From positions 1 to 64,000 of the IMG/VR virus record IMGVR_UViG_3300039008_000175: DNA of 64,000 nt. One strand, written 5' to 3'. Positions within the stretch are counted from its first letter, which is position 1. Each line of letters starts with the position of its first letter. Below are positions 37,688-47,039 of the stretch, in pieces. The notes under the pieces were generated by a model, which saw only the letters and a list, made by a program, of their open reading frames with translations, did no database searches and had not been told where the DNA came from. The position numbers and the translations under genes are program-made. Source of the stretch: a virus.

Positions 37688-38995
37688 ATGATAAAAGATT
37701 ATGATGAGGATAAGTTAGTACAAGCCCGGTTCAAAGTAGCCGGTGTGATTGAGTTTGAAAACAATCTTCATGAAGATATAGAGATTACTGAGAACGATGT
37801 GATCTCTATGATACTGACCAATAATTATCACCGTGACTTTACCCCTATATTCTTTGTTCAGATGATGATGGATAAGACAACTCTTCGTCAGTTGGCAAAG
37901 TATAGAGGGTACTACAAGTTTAAGATGGGAATCCAATCCTATTATATAAACACAGAAGACCCTGATGACTTGGGTGAAGGGAATGTGTTGTTCTCCAATG
38001 TGTTCCGAGCTGAGATGTCAAATCCCCCTCCTATCGATGACAAGTTCGTTGATGAAGATGGAGTTGACGAATGGGAAGAACAGGAAGGTAAACAATACAC
38101 AAGCATGTGGTTTGCTCTTTCTGATTCTTCTGTTACAGAGAGTAATAAATCAAGAGAGGATAACTCTGCTCCATATGGTAAGTGTACTGTTGCTGATGTA
38201 TGTGGTATGATGCTCTCATCAGGAGGAGTGAATCTTCCTATACAGTTCGACCAGCCTGATAATGCTACTGAATACGAGCAGATTACTATCACCACCAAGA
38301 ACCTCAGAAACTCAATCATAGAGACTCTACAGAAAGGAGCATATGGTATATACTCAAAAGGTATTATCCTCTATGCTGCTTTTAATAGGTTCTACTTAAT
38401 GAGCCGGTATGGCAAGAATGGTAAGACTCCTGATGAGCCCAGTATGGTTCATATTAACGTCAATTCAAACGATACCAATACCCCTATATCAATGGAATTA
38501 ACCAACGAGAAGGAACCTATCCTTCTTGCAAGCACGAACAAGTACGCATTCGAAAGAATGTCTATGATAGATGATTTACAGGCTACTACTACAAGACACT
38601 TCTCATCTGAGACGTTTAACAAACGCACTGTGTTTAACAACGACGCTGAGAAGTGGGAGAGTGAACTCATTTATGATGAAGAGAAGACAGATCGTCTCTT
38701 TACCGCCAAGAACCAATTAGACAGAAAGGAATATATCTTCTCCGATGATGGTAATCCTTTCGCTGTTAAGTCTAATCACGAAGAAGCAGCTCATAGAACT
38801 CTTGTTACTATGAGGTTCGTTGATATAGATCCTATCTTCTTCCATCCCAACCTAGACTTCAACTTCCATTTCTATAATACGAATGAAGCTGAGCTATATG
38901 ATGGAGAGTACAAGATCTTTAAGAGTCAACTACACTTCACCAAGAGTGAAGACAAGAATGGTTTAAGATGCGCCACGTTATGCTTCTTTAAATAA
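37688..38995 (+). CDS. hypothetical protein (435 aa)
   Basis: Starts 2 nt after the previous stop, after AAGGAG. Followed by a bidirectional terminator. Confidence 0.65.
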   Translation: MIKDYDEDKLVQARFKVAGVIEFENNLHEDIEITENDVISMILTNNYHRDFTPIFFVQMMMDKTTLRQLAKYRGYYKFKMGIQSYYINTEDPDDLGEGNVLFSNVFRAEMSNPPPIDDKFVDEDGVDEWEEQEGKQYTSMWFALSDSSVTESNKSREDNSAPYGKCTVADVCGMMLSSGGVNLPIQFDQPDNATEYEQITITTKNLRNSIIETLQKGAYGIYSKGIILYAAFNRFYLMSRYGKNGKTPDEPSMVHINVNSNDTNTPISMELTNEKEPILLASTNKYAFERMSMIDDLQATTTRHFSSETFNKRTVFNNDAEKWESELIYDEEKTDRLFTAKNQLDRKEYIFSDDGNPFAVKSNHEEAAHRTLVTMRFVDIDPIFFHPNLDFNFHFYNTNEAELYDGEYKIFKSQLHFTKSEDKNGLRCATLCFFK

Positions 38996-39058
38996 AAAAA
39001 AACAAAGAGGATCCCTCCCCCGTATTGGGGGAGGGATGCCTTCTCTTTTTTGTTTTTT
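38993..39058. terminator. bidirectional terminator between convergent blocks
   Basis: A9 run, atccctccccc-gtatt-gggggagggat hairpin, then a T-rich run (ctcttttttgtttttt). Confidence 0.8.
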
Positions 39059-39246
39059 CTCCGATACTAGGCGGGCCTAAACTCTTGGCTTAGACTGACC
39101 TGCTCAGAGTAATCTACATTAAGCAGACTATAAAAGGTTGGGACCTGGACCCTGTTATACAATCAACAGGGGTGATCCTCACAATGGTGGAAGGGCTCAT
39201 CACGAACCCATGTTGATAAAGATCATAAACTGATCACATAATGTGA

Positions 39247-40197
39247 TTAGTCTTTGTTCTTTTCATCGCGCTCTTTCTTTGCGGAATGAGCGGCCAGTTT
39301 GGCAACGGCGGACTTGATGTTCCGTCTTCTCTGCATGATCAGACCGGCGCCCTTTCTGGTGTACTCAAGAGCCTTATTCAGGTTCTTCTTGAGGGTTCCC
39401 AGGCCGCTGCGAGCAGCGTCGTCGAAGTTGGAGGTCTTCATCTTCTGAACGGTCTTTTCCATCTTCTTCAGCTCGTCGTTGGCGGTGGTCAGGAACTTGC
39501 GGTCGGCTCTGGCTTCTACGAACAGTTCGTGAAGCTTGTTCTCGTTCAGATCGGAGAGTCTGACCTTGACGGTCTTGTTGATCTTTCCGCCCTTCAGGAA
39601 GAGCTTGGCCAGCTGATCATCAACCTTGCCACCTTCGGTGCTGGTATCGCCAGCTACGCTACCCTTCTTGTCCTTGTCGCCTTCAGCCTTATCAAAGGCA
39701 TCGACGGCGGCCTGGAACTTGTCGGTATAGGCTTTCATCTCGCCTTCCAGCTTGGAACCGCTGGAAGCGTCCCAGTTCCAGGACAGCATTTCCATGGTAT
39801 CCTTACAGGAGGAGGCGTGTTCGAAAGCCTTGGAGGCTCTCTTGTCCCACCAGGAGGAGTCGGCTTTGGTGAACTGCTTGTCCAGAGCGTCCCGGATCCA
39901 GGCCATGATGGACTTGATCTTGGCGGACACAGCGTCGGCCCACTTATTGATGGTGTCCATGAATGCACCTTCCATATCGGCTTCACTGGGGTCTGCAGCC
40001 CAGCCTTCCAGGTCACTGAAGTAGTTTTCCTTGTCCTTCACCGCTTCCATAGCGGTGCACATGAAGCGTACCTCTTCCCAGGCTTCACGGCATACATCTT
40101 CACATTCGGAGATGATGCCTTCAACAGCGTAGGCGTTCATACCGCCAACGTTGTAGTCGCTCGTAAGGTCCTTACGAATATCACTAACACTAATCAT
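39247..40197 (-). CDS. paralog family member 1 (316 aa), candidate internal head / ejected protein
   Basis: AAGGAG RBS and C-ending codon bias. N-terminal ...SDLEGWAADPSEADMEGAF then helical KIKSIMAWIRDALDK, alignable to members 2-5. K-rich C-terminus. Confidence 0.75.
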   Translation of the reverse strand: MISVSDIRKDLTSDYNVGGMNAYAVEGIISECEDVCREAWEEVRFMCTAMEAVKDKENYFSDLEGWAADPSEADMEGAFMDTINKWADAVSAKIKSIMAWIRDALDKQFTKADSSWWDKRASKAFEHASSCKDTMEMLSWNWDASSGSKLEGEMKAYTDKFQAAVDAFDKAEGDKDKKGSVAGDTSTEGGKVDDQLAKLFLKGGKINKTVKVRLSDLNENKLHELFVEARADRKFLTTANDELKKMEKTVQKMKTSNFDDAARSGLGTLKKNLNKALEYTRKGAGLIMQRRRNIKSAVAKLAAHSAKKERDEKNKD

Positions 40198-40205
40198 TAC
40201 TGATT

Positions 40206-40229
40206 CTCCTTATTTCTTTTGTATTTGTT
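40206..40229 (-). promoter_or_regulatory. class-2-like upstream motif (minus strand) AACAAAT-ac-AAAAGAAA-TAAGGAG
   Basis: AACA begins 32 nt before the ATG at 40197 (paralog 1). Confidence 0.3.
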
Positions 40230-40251
40230 CTGTTGCGATGAACGAAGAATA

Positions 40252-41301
40252 TTATTTCTTCTTTCCCTTCTTGTTGGTCTGAGCAGCCTTAACGGCAGCC
40301 TTGAAACCCTTCTTGAGGTCGCTTCTGCGGCTCATGATGGCCTTCATACCAGCTTTACACACAGCGATCTCTACATCGTAGAAGACCTTGATGGCACCGA
40401 TGGTATCGTTGATAACCTTACCGGCGCTTGCCTGTGCTCCGCCAACCTTGGCGTTGTCGGGGAGAGAGATCTTGTCCAGAGCGGCTTTCTCTTTCTTGAG
40501 AGCCTTTCTCATGTTATCCAGAGCCCGTCTATCTTCAACGGCCTTGGATACGAAGTTCATACCCTTCTCGTTACAGAACTCACTGAAAGAAACTTCGGAT
40601 TTGGTGCCCAGTCCGGTTTCACTTCCGGTCATGACACGTCCGACGAACTTCTTGGCGATTTCCGAGGGAACGGGTGCGTCGGGAGCGTTACCGCCTACCA
40701 GACCCTGGTAGATCTTGTTCTTGAGAGACTTAGCTCTGGACTTTTCAACCGCTTCAGCACCTCTGAAGATACCGTCATCGACCGTATCGATCTTGTCGAT
40801 ATATCCATCCAGCGCTTTTTTGGCGTCCTTGGAGCTTGCCTCGAACTGTTCTACGATATCCTTACCTTCACCGAAGGACCACTTGGCACTCATGGTTACT
40901 TTACCGCTGAGTTTGGCAGCGACGCCAATGAGTTCGGATCTTCCCTTGATGAATTTCTCATCACGGTTTGCCTTGAGCTTATCCAGCATCTTGTTGATGT
41001 AGGAAAGCATCTTATCGATGAGTTCCTTGATCTTGTCGATTACCTTCTTAGCTCCGCCCTTGATACTATCAAGAGCCCCTTCCAGTTCTGCGGTGGTGAG
41101 CACGTCTTCGAGTTCCAGTTCCCGACATTCAATGCCGACCCCGACCGTAATGGCCTCGAGGTCAGCCATGGCGTCAGACACTTCTTCCATAGCCTCGTTA
41201 ACGATGCCTTCCTGTTCGATCAGCTGAACCTGATCGAAAGCCATCGGCGTAGGCAGGACGTCTCTCGTGGACTGCTCCCGCAGATTCTCTAATACTGACA
41301 T
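40252..41301 (-). CDS. paralog family member 2 (349 aa)
   Basis: AAGGAG RBS. ...SDAMADLEAITVGV...TTAELEGALDSIKGGAKKVIDKIKELIDKMLSYINKMLDK. C-terminus QTNKKGKKK. Confidence 0.75.
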   Translation of the reverse strand: MSVLENLREQSTRDVLPTPMAFDQVQLIEQEGIVNEAMEEVSDAMADLEAITVGVGIECRELELEDVLTTAELEGALDSIKGGAKKVIDKIKELIDKMLSYINKMLDKLKANRDEKFIKGRSELIGVAAKLSGKVTMSAKWSFGEGKDIVEQFEASSKDAKKALDGYIDKIDTVDDGIFRGAEAVEKSRAKSLKNKIYQGLVGGNAPDAPVPSEIAKKFVGRVMTGSETGLGTKSEVSFSEFCNEKGMNFVSKAVEDRRALDNMRKALKKEKAALDKISLPDNAKVGGAQASAGKVINDTIGAIKVFYDVEIAVCKAGMKAIMSRRSDLKKGFKAAVKAAQTNKKGKKK

Positions 41302-41308
41302 AAAGAAT

Positions 41309-41337
41309 CTCCTTGCTTATTATTTTATGTATGTTTA
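41309..41337 (-). promoter_or_regulatory. class-2 upstream motif (minus strand) TAAACAT-acat-AAAATAATAAGC-AAGGAG
   Basis: AACA begins 34 nt before the ATG at 41301 (paralog 2), just downstream of the internal terminator. Confidence 0.35.
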
Positions 41338-41360
41338 ATACCTTAGTAAATATCGACAAT

Positions 41361-41388
41361 AAAAATCCCCGGGAATTAACCCGGGGAC
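41361..41388 (-). terminator. intrinsic terminator inside the paralog array (after member 3)
   Basis: On the minus strand: ccccggg-ttaatt-cccgggg followed by ATTTTT. Confidence 0.7.
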
Positions 41389-41408
41389 GAAATTGAAAGT
41401 TGATGGAC

Positions 41409-42371
41409 TTAGTCCTTCTTCTTATCTTCTCTTTCCTGCTTCTTCACCTCGGTAATGATCTTACCGAAGATACCCTTCAGGGAAGAACGGCGCTCTTTAC
41501 AGAGAGCCAGAGCGGTGCGGTTCAGGTTGATGGACAGGTTTACTGACTTCTTAATCTGACCCAGACCGGTCTTATAGATCTTGGCTTTGGCGTCTCCGCC
41601 TTCACTCTTTCTGTCGAAGGAAGCGGAGGACTTATCCAGAGTCTTCTTCAGCTTCTGGAGAGCAGCGATGGCCTTATTCAGCTCATCTTTCTCCTTGCGG
41701 CCGTCTCTCCAGATCTCAATGTACTTGAGATTGGCGAAGGTCTTCAGGGGATACTCTTTGTCCTTCTCGGTGTAGAAGTACTTCTTGATGACTTCCAGCT
41801 CGCCTTTCTTGTCATCAACGTTACCCATCAGAGAACGGGTTGCGCCGCCAGTGTCACTGGAGCTTCCACTTTCCAGACCGCTGATGACCTTATCCAGATC
41901 GTCGACGATCTTGTCGGTAGTCTCGGCGGCACCGATCTTGGTGTTGGTGGTCCACATCTTGGTCTTGACTTTGACCTTGTCAGCCAGTTTGGCACCGTCC
42001 AGGATGGTGGCTTCGTTCTTCTTCAGGAAGCTGTCATCCATCTTATCCAGAACCTTGTTGATGTACTCGTTGATCTTGGCGATGATCTTATCGATCACGG
42101 CCTTAACCTTGGCAATTGCGGCGCTGGCACCGTCTTTGACGCTGGACATGATACCTTCCATTTCCATGGAGTTGGCGTTTTCCATATCGACATCAGCGGT
42201 GACGGCCACTGCGACGCACATTGCTTCGAGGTCGGCGAAGTCATCACTGATCTCGTCCAGAGATGCTTCCAGGTCTGTATTGAACAGAGTGGGAATCAGA
42301 GTAGCGGAGGAAGTACCTTCAGCACCACCCATACCCATACGGGATGCAAGAGCACTGGGAATATTATGCAT
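41409..42371 (-). CDS. paralog family member 3 (320 aa)
   Basis: TAAGGAG RBS. ...SDDFADLEAMCVAV...NSMEMEGIMSSVKDGASAAIAKVKAVIDKIIAKINEYINKVLDK. C-terminus KKQEREDKKKD. Terminator downstream. Confidence 0.75.
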   Translation of the reverse strand: MHNIPSALASRMGMGGAEGTSSATLIPTLFNTDLEASLDEISDDFADLEAMCVAVAVTADVDMENANSMEMEGIMSSVKDGASAAIAKVKAVIDKIIAKINEYINKVLDKMDDSFLKKNEATILDGAKLADKVKVKTKMWTTNTKIGAAETTDKIVDDLDKVISGLESGSSSDTGGATRSLMGNVDDKKGELEVIKKYFYTEKDKEYPLKTFANLKYIEIWRDGRKEKDELNKAIAALQKLKKTLDKSSASFDRKSEGGDAKAKIYKTGLGQIKKSVNLSINLNRTALALCKERRSSLKGIFGKIITEVKKQEREDKKKD

Positions 42372-42378
42372 AATATAT

Positions 42379-42404
42379 CTCCTTATTCTTTTTTCTTATG
42401 TTTA
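42379..42404 (-). promoter_or_regulatory. class-2 upstream motif (minus strand) TAAACAT-aag-AAAAAAGAA-TAAGGAG
   Basis: AACA begins 31 nt before the ATG at 42371 (paralog 3). Confidence 0.35.
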
Positions 42405-42420
42405 TCATGATAAGCAAGAA

Positions 42421-43458
42421 TTACTTCTTTTTCTTATCATCCTTCTTGTTCTTCTTGTCATCAGCGGCGATAGCAGCGAATGCCGACTTGAGTTCTCTCT
42501 TCCGAGTACCGATAAGAGAGATGAGTCTCTTGGTCTGGCTACTACATGCCATTACAGCACTGCGGTTGGCACTGATAAGATCAGTCACTGCCTTGTAAGC
42601 AGTCTTCTTGTCCTTCAGATGATCGAAGTTTGAGATAGTCAGAGACTTCTCGGCCTTCTCAATGGTCTTTTGAAGGTTCTTCAGAGCAGCGATCTCTTTC
42701 CTGGTGTTGGTGAAGAGGTCCATGTACTTGGGACTGGCAAACGTACCAGCGGGTCTGGGCTTCGCCTCGCCGTCAGCCATCAGGAGCTTATCCAGGTGTT
42801 CGACGTAGTTGGCTTTGTTCAGATCACTATTGGCTACTTTGAGCTGCTTCCTTACATCTCCCAGATCACCACTACCTGATACTTTGGTGAAAGAACCAAG
42901 TATGCCTTTGATGAATCCGATAACACGAGAAGTGGCTTTCTTAACCTCTTCCTCCTTGGCTGCCTCAGGCTGCTCTTCTTTGATATTTGCAACATCAGAG
43001 AGCTCATCGGCTACTTTGGGGACGAGGTTGCAGACAGCTTCGACTTTCTTGGTATACTCATCGATTTTGTCGTTCTCGAGCCAGTTATGAGCAGTGATAG
43101 TAGTCTTACACTTGCTCCCATTAGCGATAGCGTCCTTACGCTTTTCAACCCACTTGGAGTCATACTTGTTAAGGATGCCAGTGATGAAGTCTCCGATGTA
43201 CTTGCGGATCTTCGCAAGTACTTCTTTGATCTTCTCGATCACTTTCTTGATCGCATCGGTGACGACTTCCATACCTTCCATCTCGATGTTTTCACCGGCC
43301 AGGTTGGCTGCCACGGTGATACTTTCCATATCACAGGCTGCTTCGGAGAGCGCATCCTGAGCACTCTCTAAGTCCATAACACTGAGTCCCAGAGGAGTGT
43401 AGGACTGAGCATCATTTACAGACTTGAGATCCAAGTCAAATGTATCCATTAAACCCAT
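42421..43458 (-). CDS. paralog family member 4 (345 aa)
   Basis: ...ACDMESITVAANLAGENIEMEGMEVVTDAIKKVIEKIKEVLAKIRKYIGDF. C-terminus DDKKNKKDDKKKK. Confidence 0.75.
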   Translation of the reverse strand: MGLMDTFDLDLKSVNDAQSYTPLGLSVMDLESAQDALSEAACDMESITVAANLAGENIEMEGMEVVTDAIKKVIEKIKEVLAKIRKYIGDFITGILNKYDSKWVEKRKDAIANGSKCKTTITAHNWLENDKIDEYTKKVEAVCNLVPKVADELSDVANIKEEQPEAAKEEEVKKATSRVIGFIKGILGSFTKVSGSGDLGDVRKQLKVANSDLNKANYVEHLDKLLMADGEAKPRPAGTFASPKYMDLFTNTRKEIAALKNLQKTIEKAEKSLTISNFDHLKDKKTAYKAVTDLISANRSAVMACSSQTKRLISLIGTRKRELKSAFAAIAADDKKNKKDDKKKK

Positions 43459-43472
43459 TATTGTACCTTCCT

Positions 43473-44675
43473 TTATTTAATGTATTTTACAGCCAGATGT
43501 AGAGCCTTGAACAGGTCATCACTACGCTGCTTATTTATGCTTTGGTTTACTACGGGAATCTTCATTGCAACCTGGTATACTTTCGCTAGTTCTTTGAACC
43601 CACGTATAGCCATGTTGATAGTGGGATCTATCCTCTGACCAGTTGCTGTATTTGCTTTGGTGACGATAGTGTAATCCACTTTAGTCCTCAGCTTTTCGAT
43701 ATCGCCTATTGTTCTATCAATGAGTCTCATCTCATCTTTGAGCTGCCTGACCGTATCCTTGATATATGCATCTTCTTCAGCACTCCATCCTGCCTGGATA
43801 ATCAACGACGTATAATCGTTAATTATATCCCGGACGGGTATCTTCCTAGGCTTAACCTTAGGGGGGTCCATGTAAAGAATAGCACCCTCATCGATTATAT
43901 TTTGGACTTTTTTGGGGACGTACTTACCACTCTTCTGAGCGGGGAGTACATAAGCATGAAGAAGCTTATCCCGGAGATCCATTGGATTCTTCAGAGCTTC
44001 AGCAATCTTTTTACCATCTGAACCGCCAAACCCTTTTACATTACCACCACCTCGCATCAAACTGTGTTCGATATCTGAGTAGTCTTTGATGTTCCCGAGT
44101 TTCACGTCCAGGTTACTCGATAGAGTATTTGCTCTGTTACCCTTGGATCCTTCATAATCCCTGAGAGTATCGCTTTTCTCATCCAGAATAAACTCAAGAT
44201 TTTGAGTCATTCCTATTCTCCCAACAGAAAGACATTTATTTATCCGTTCACTGAGTTGAGAGATTGATGTATACATAAATGCTACAGGTGTCCCATCCTT
44301 AAACCCTAAGAACCAATCATACGTGTTGACTGTTACGTCCTTGGGTATATTCTGGATAGCATTAAGATTATTCGATATGCGCTCTTGGATGGTTTGCATA
44401 TTTCTTATTTGGCGTTTATGAGTAAGATTATGGAACCAGGCAACTAGTTCCATAATCTTATCTTTAATGAACCTGAATACGTTGAGAGCCATCTCTATCA
44501 GTTTCCTGGCAATATCGCCAATAATCTGACCAACTCCCTCCGCATCATAGCCCATTTCCTCTTCTGTAAGCGAGAGGTTCGCTGATACAACCATTGCCTC
44601 CAAATCTGAAGCTGAGTCATAAATATGATCCAGATCTTCAAACTCAGAGAACAATGATGTTGCATATTCAATCAT
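43473..44675 (-). CDS. paralog family member 5, divergent (400 aa)
   Basis: ATGA overlap with the upstream gene and AT-rich codon usage, unlike members 1-4. ...SASDLEAMVVSANLSLTEEEMGYDAEGVGQIIGDIARKLIEMALNVFRFIKDKI. Lacks the K-rich tail. Confidence 0.7.
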   Translation of the reverse strand: MIEYATSLFSEFEDLDHIYDSASDLEAMVVSANLSLTEEEMGYDAEGVGQIIGDIARKLIEMALNVFRFIKDKIMELVAWFHNLTHKRQIRNMQTIQERISNNLNAIQNIPKDVTVNTYDWFLGFKDGTPVAFMYTSISQLSERINKCLSVGRIGMTQNLEFILDEKSDTLRDYEGSKGNRANTLSSNLDVKLGNIKDYSDIEHSLMRGGGNVKGFGGSDGKKIAEALKNPMDLRDKLLHAYVLPAQKSGKYVPKKVQNIIDEGAILYMDPPKVKPRKIPVRDIINDYTSLIIQAGWSAEEDAYIKDTVRQLKDEMRLIDRTIGDIEKLRTKVDYTIVTKANTATGQRIDPTINMAIRGFKELAKVYQVAMKIPVVNQSINKQRSDDLFKALHLAVKYIK

Positions 44676-45868
44676 CAGAAGAGATCCATGTCGTCATCGT
44701 CTTCATCTACTGCTTCAGGCTGAGAGGTTTTTACATCATCGTAATTATCTCTCTCATCCTTTACAGTTTTGGACTTCTTGACGGCTTTTTTGACGTTCTT
44801 GTCGACGGTCTTGGTTGCCTTACTGTAGACCTCTTCATGTTCGTCGATGTCGATCTTCACATACGCTTTACGCAGGTTCTCGATTCTCTTCTTCTTACGC
44901 TCAGGATCCATGTCATCTTCTGATTCGATCTCTTTGATGAGCTCGTTCAGCATGATGGCTATTCTACCTCTAATGAAGTAGACGTAAAAAACACAGAACT
45001 GAATACTGATCAAAAGAAAGCTTGTTACCAGTGTAATGATAACACCACCGGCCAGGATTCCTCCAACCGCTTCCATATCAGCTTTACCTGTTTCTTCCCC
45101 AACTCCGCTGGAGATTCTACCATACTGCTCAAAGCTGTTGATGCAGGACTTAACGTACTGGTGATAAATACCCTTGTTAACATATCCTACGAACTGGTCG
45201 AGCTGTTCGGTAAAGGGGATGAAAGGACGGTGTACGCCATTACGTGACCTGAACAGTCTCCAGAGTCCTCTACCTTCATCTACGTTCTTAGCCAACAGGC
45301 CAAGCTTGACACAGTTTGCGATGTTGTAGGTAAGCGCAATAACCGTCATAACGTAGGGATTGAAGGCGATAAACTCATCTTCGGCTACTTTGCCGTAGAG
45401 AGACCGGTAGTACATCATATTATATGCGTTTACCGTTTTATGCATCTCGAGAAGATCGAACGCTTTAATAGTGAGTTTGAACTCTTCAGCGTATCCTTTC
45501 CCGAGCTTCTTTTCGATTGTTTTGGAGTCAAGCTTCCGGAGATAATCCGTGAGCTGCTTGAGCTCCCCGTAGTACTTATACCGTCTGAAGACACCCTGAG
45601 ATGCATTAATCTCTTTGATGACCTGTGAGTCATGAAGCTTGTCTCCGGTCTTGATACCAGATTTGAGCTTATAGACTCTGGACAGATACGTCAGGCGAAA
45701 CCTGATGTTCTTCATACCGGCTACTAACACCAGTGCTGTTGCAGAGAAGAACCCTCCGATCGTAGCGCCGATCTTCTTGAGGAACTGTCTCTGTGTTGCA
45801 GGTACTCTGGCTGCTTCCATCTCAGTCAAGAGACAGACGCCATCATCATATACTTTCTTGTCAAACAT
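44675..45868 (-). CDS. membrane protein with acidic C-terminus (397 aa)
   Basis: Hydrophobic segments IGATIGGFFSATALVLVAGM and VGGILAGGVIITLVTSFLLISIQFCVFYVYFI. C-terminus SQPEAVDEDDDDMDLF. Confidence 0.7.
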   Translation of the reverse strand: MFDKKVYDDGVCLLTEMEAARVPATQRQFLKKIGATIGGFFSATALVLVAGMKNIRFRLTYLSRVYKLKSGIKTGDKLHDSQVIKEINASQGVFRRYKYYGELKQLTDYLRKLDSKTIEKKLGKGYAEEFKLTIKAFDLLEMHKTVNAYNMMYYRSLYGKVAEDEFIAFNPYVMTVIALTYNIANCVKLGLLAKNVDEGRGLWRLFRSRNGVHRPFIPFTEQLDQFVGYVNKGIYHQYVKSCINSFEQYGRISSGVGEETGKADMEAVGGILAGGVIITLVTSFLLISIQFCVFYVYFIRGRIAIMLNELIKEIESEDDMDPERKKKRIENLRKAYVKIDIDEHEEVYSKATKTVDKNVKKAVKKSKTVKDERDNYDDVKTSQPEAVDEDDDDMDLF

Positions 45869-45876
45869 AGCTTACG

Positions 45877-46980
45877 TTACACTCCCGCCATCTTGATAAT
45901 TTCACGAACGTCCCGTGTAGACATCTTACCGTTCTTCTCAGCCAGATCACCCAGGTCGTTAACTTCCCAGGACTTCTGACCATCTTTGATTGTGAAGACT
46001 TCTTCTCTCACACCGTCGATGATTGCTACGGTTAAAAGCATGAGCTTATCCATAGTATTCCTGACGGATCTGAGACCTGATTCTTTGACGATATCAACAC
46101 CTTCATTTCTGCGGATGTTGTTATAGTCAGCTACGTCCATAAGGACGTTGAACCAGGGAAGCTTCTTCTTGTCGGAGAGAACGGCTTTCCTGAAGTAGTT
46201 CTCAACCAGAGCCTTGTTCATAGCAAATGCCCAGCCTTCGCCTTCCTGGTGAGACTTCTTTTCGATCTTGGCCATCGTCTTCATCTTCTCAAAGGCAAAG
46301 ATGATGTCATTGAAGAAGTTCACCTTTCCAGTCACCAGTCTCCTGAGCTGTACAATCAGTGCAGGCTTCAGGTTCATAGCGAACAGAGAAGTGAGAGTCT
46401 TGGCATTGACGTGGATGATCCGAACTTTAACTCCGAAGTCAAAGCTGATCTCCTGGGTCTTGGTATGGAATGTGTAGGTGAGAATACTGGGAGACTTGTT
46501 GTTGAACTTCTTGACGATGTTCTTACCATCGTTGGAGCTCATAGTGACATCAGCCCGGTTGTGAACCCTGTCAGGCTTATCACCGCCACCGCCTTTATTA
46601 GTAGACGGATGACCGCCTTTCTGAGGCCAGTTTCCAGCACCACGAGGAGCTGCTTCCATCTCGGCAGCTTCGGCGTTGTAGATCATTTTCATCATATCAG
46701 AGCCGGTTCCCTGCCTATCGATGATCGAGCTGATAGCCAGCTTGGTCATGATAACAAGTTCATTTTCCAGACTCTGAGCATACAGAGAAACGTCTTCTGC
46801 ATCACAATTGGATGATACCAGAAGATCGTAGTAGCACATTGATGCGTTCGCTTTCCTGGCAAGAGAGTCTCTTTTCAGATAACCCGATAGAGACTTCTTG
46901 AGAGCTTTGAGTTCATCAAATGCGCCCTCTGTCGTTCCGTCACCAATCATGATGTCGGAGATATCGGTAATTAACGACAT
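45877..46980 (-). CDS. hypothetical protein (367 aa), first gene of the minus-strand block
   Basis: ATG at 46980 preceded by AGGAGG. No motif recognised. Confidence 0.7.
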   Translation of the reverse strand: MSLITDISDIMIGDGTTEGAFDELKALKKSLSGYLKRDSLARKANASMCYYDLLVSSNCDAEDVSLYAQSLENELVIMTKLAISSIIDRQGTGSDMMKMIYNAEAAEMEAAPRGAGNWPQKGGHPSTNKGGGGDKPDRVHNRADVTMSSNDGKNIVKKFNNKSPSILTYTFHTKTQEISFDFGVKVRIIHVNAKTLTSLFAMNLKPALIVQLRRLVTGKVNFFNDIIFAFEKMKTMAKIEKKSHQEGEGWAFAMNKALVENYFRKAVLSDKKKLPWFNVLMDVADYNNIRRNEGVDIVKESGLRSVRNTMDKLMLLTVAIIDGVREEVFTIKDGQKSWEVNDLGDLAEKNGKMSTRDVREIIKMAGV

Positions 46981-47039
46981 AATAGTCCTCCTATGTCAAG
47001 TATTTACTTGGTTTTCTAATTGTCTCCCAGTGATCTTTG

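Noticed and set aside
39286-42633. Plus-strand ORFs 39286..40203, 40219..41292 and 41785..42633 (282-357 aa) antisense to paralogs 1-3
   Set aside because: They are L/G/V/S-rich and low-complexity, lack RBS, and show no mutual similarity beyond mirroring the sense genes. The minus-strand frames form a coherent family with AAGGAG sites and a terminator.
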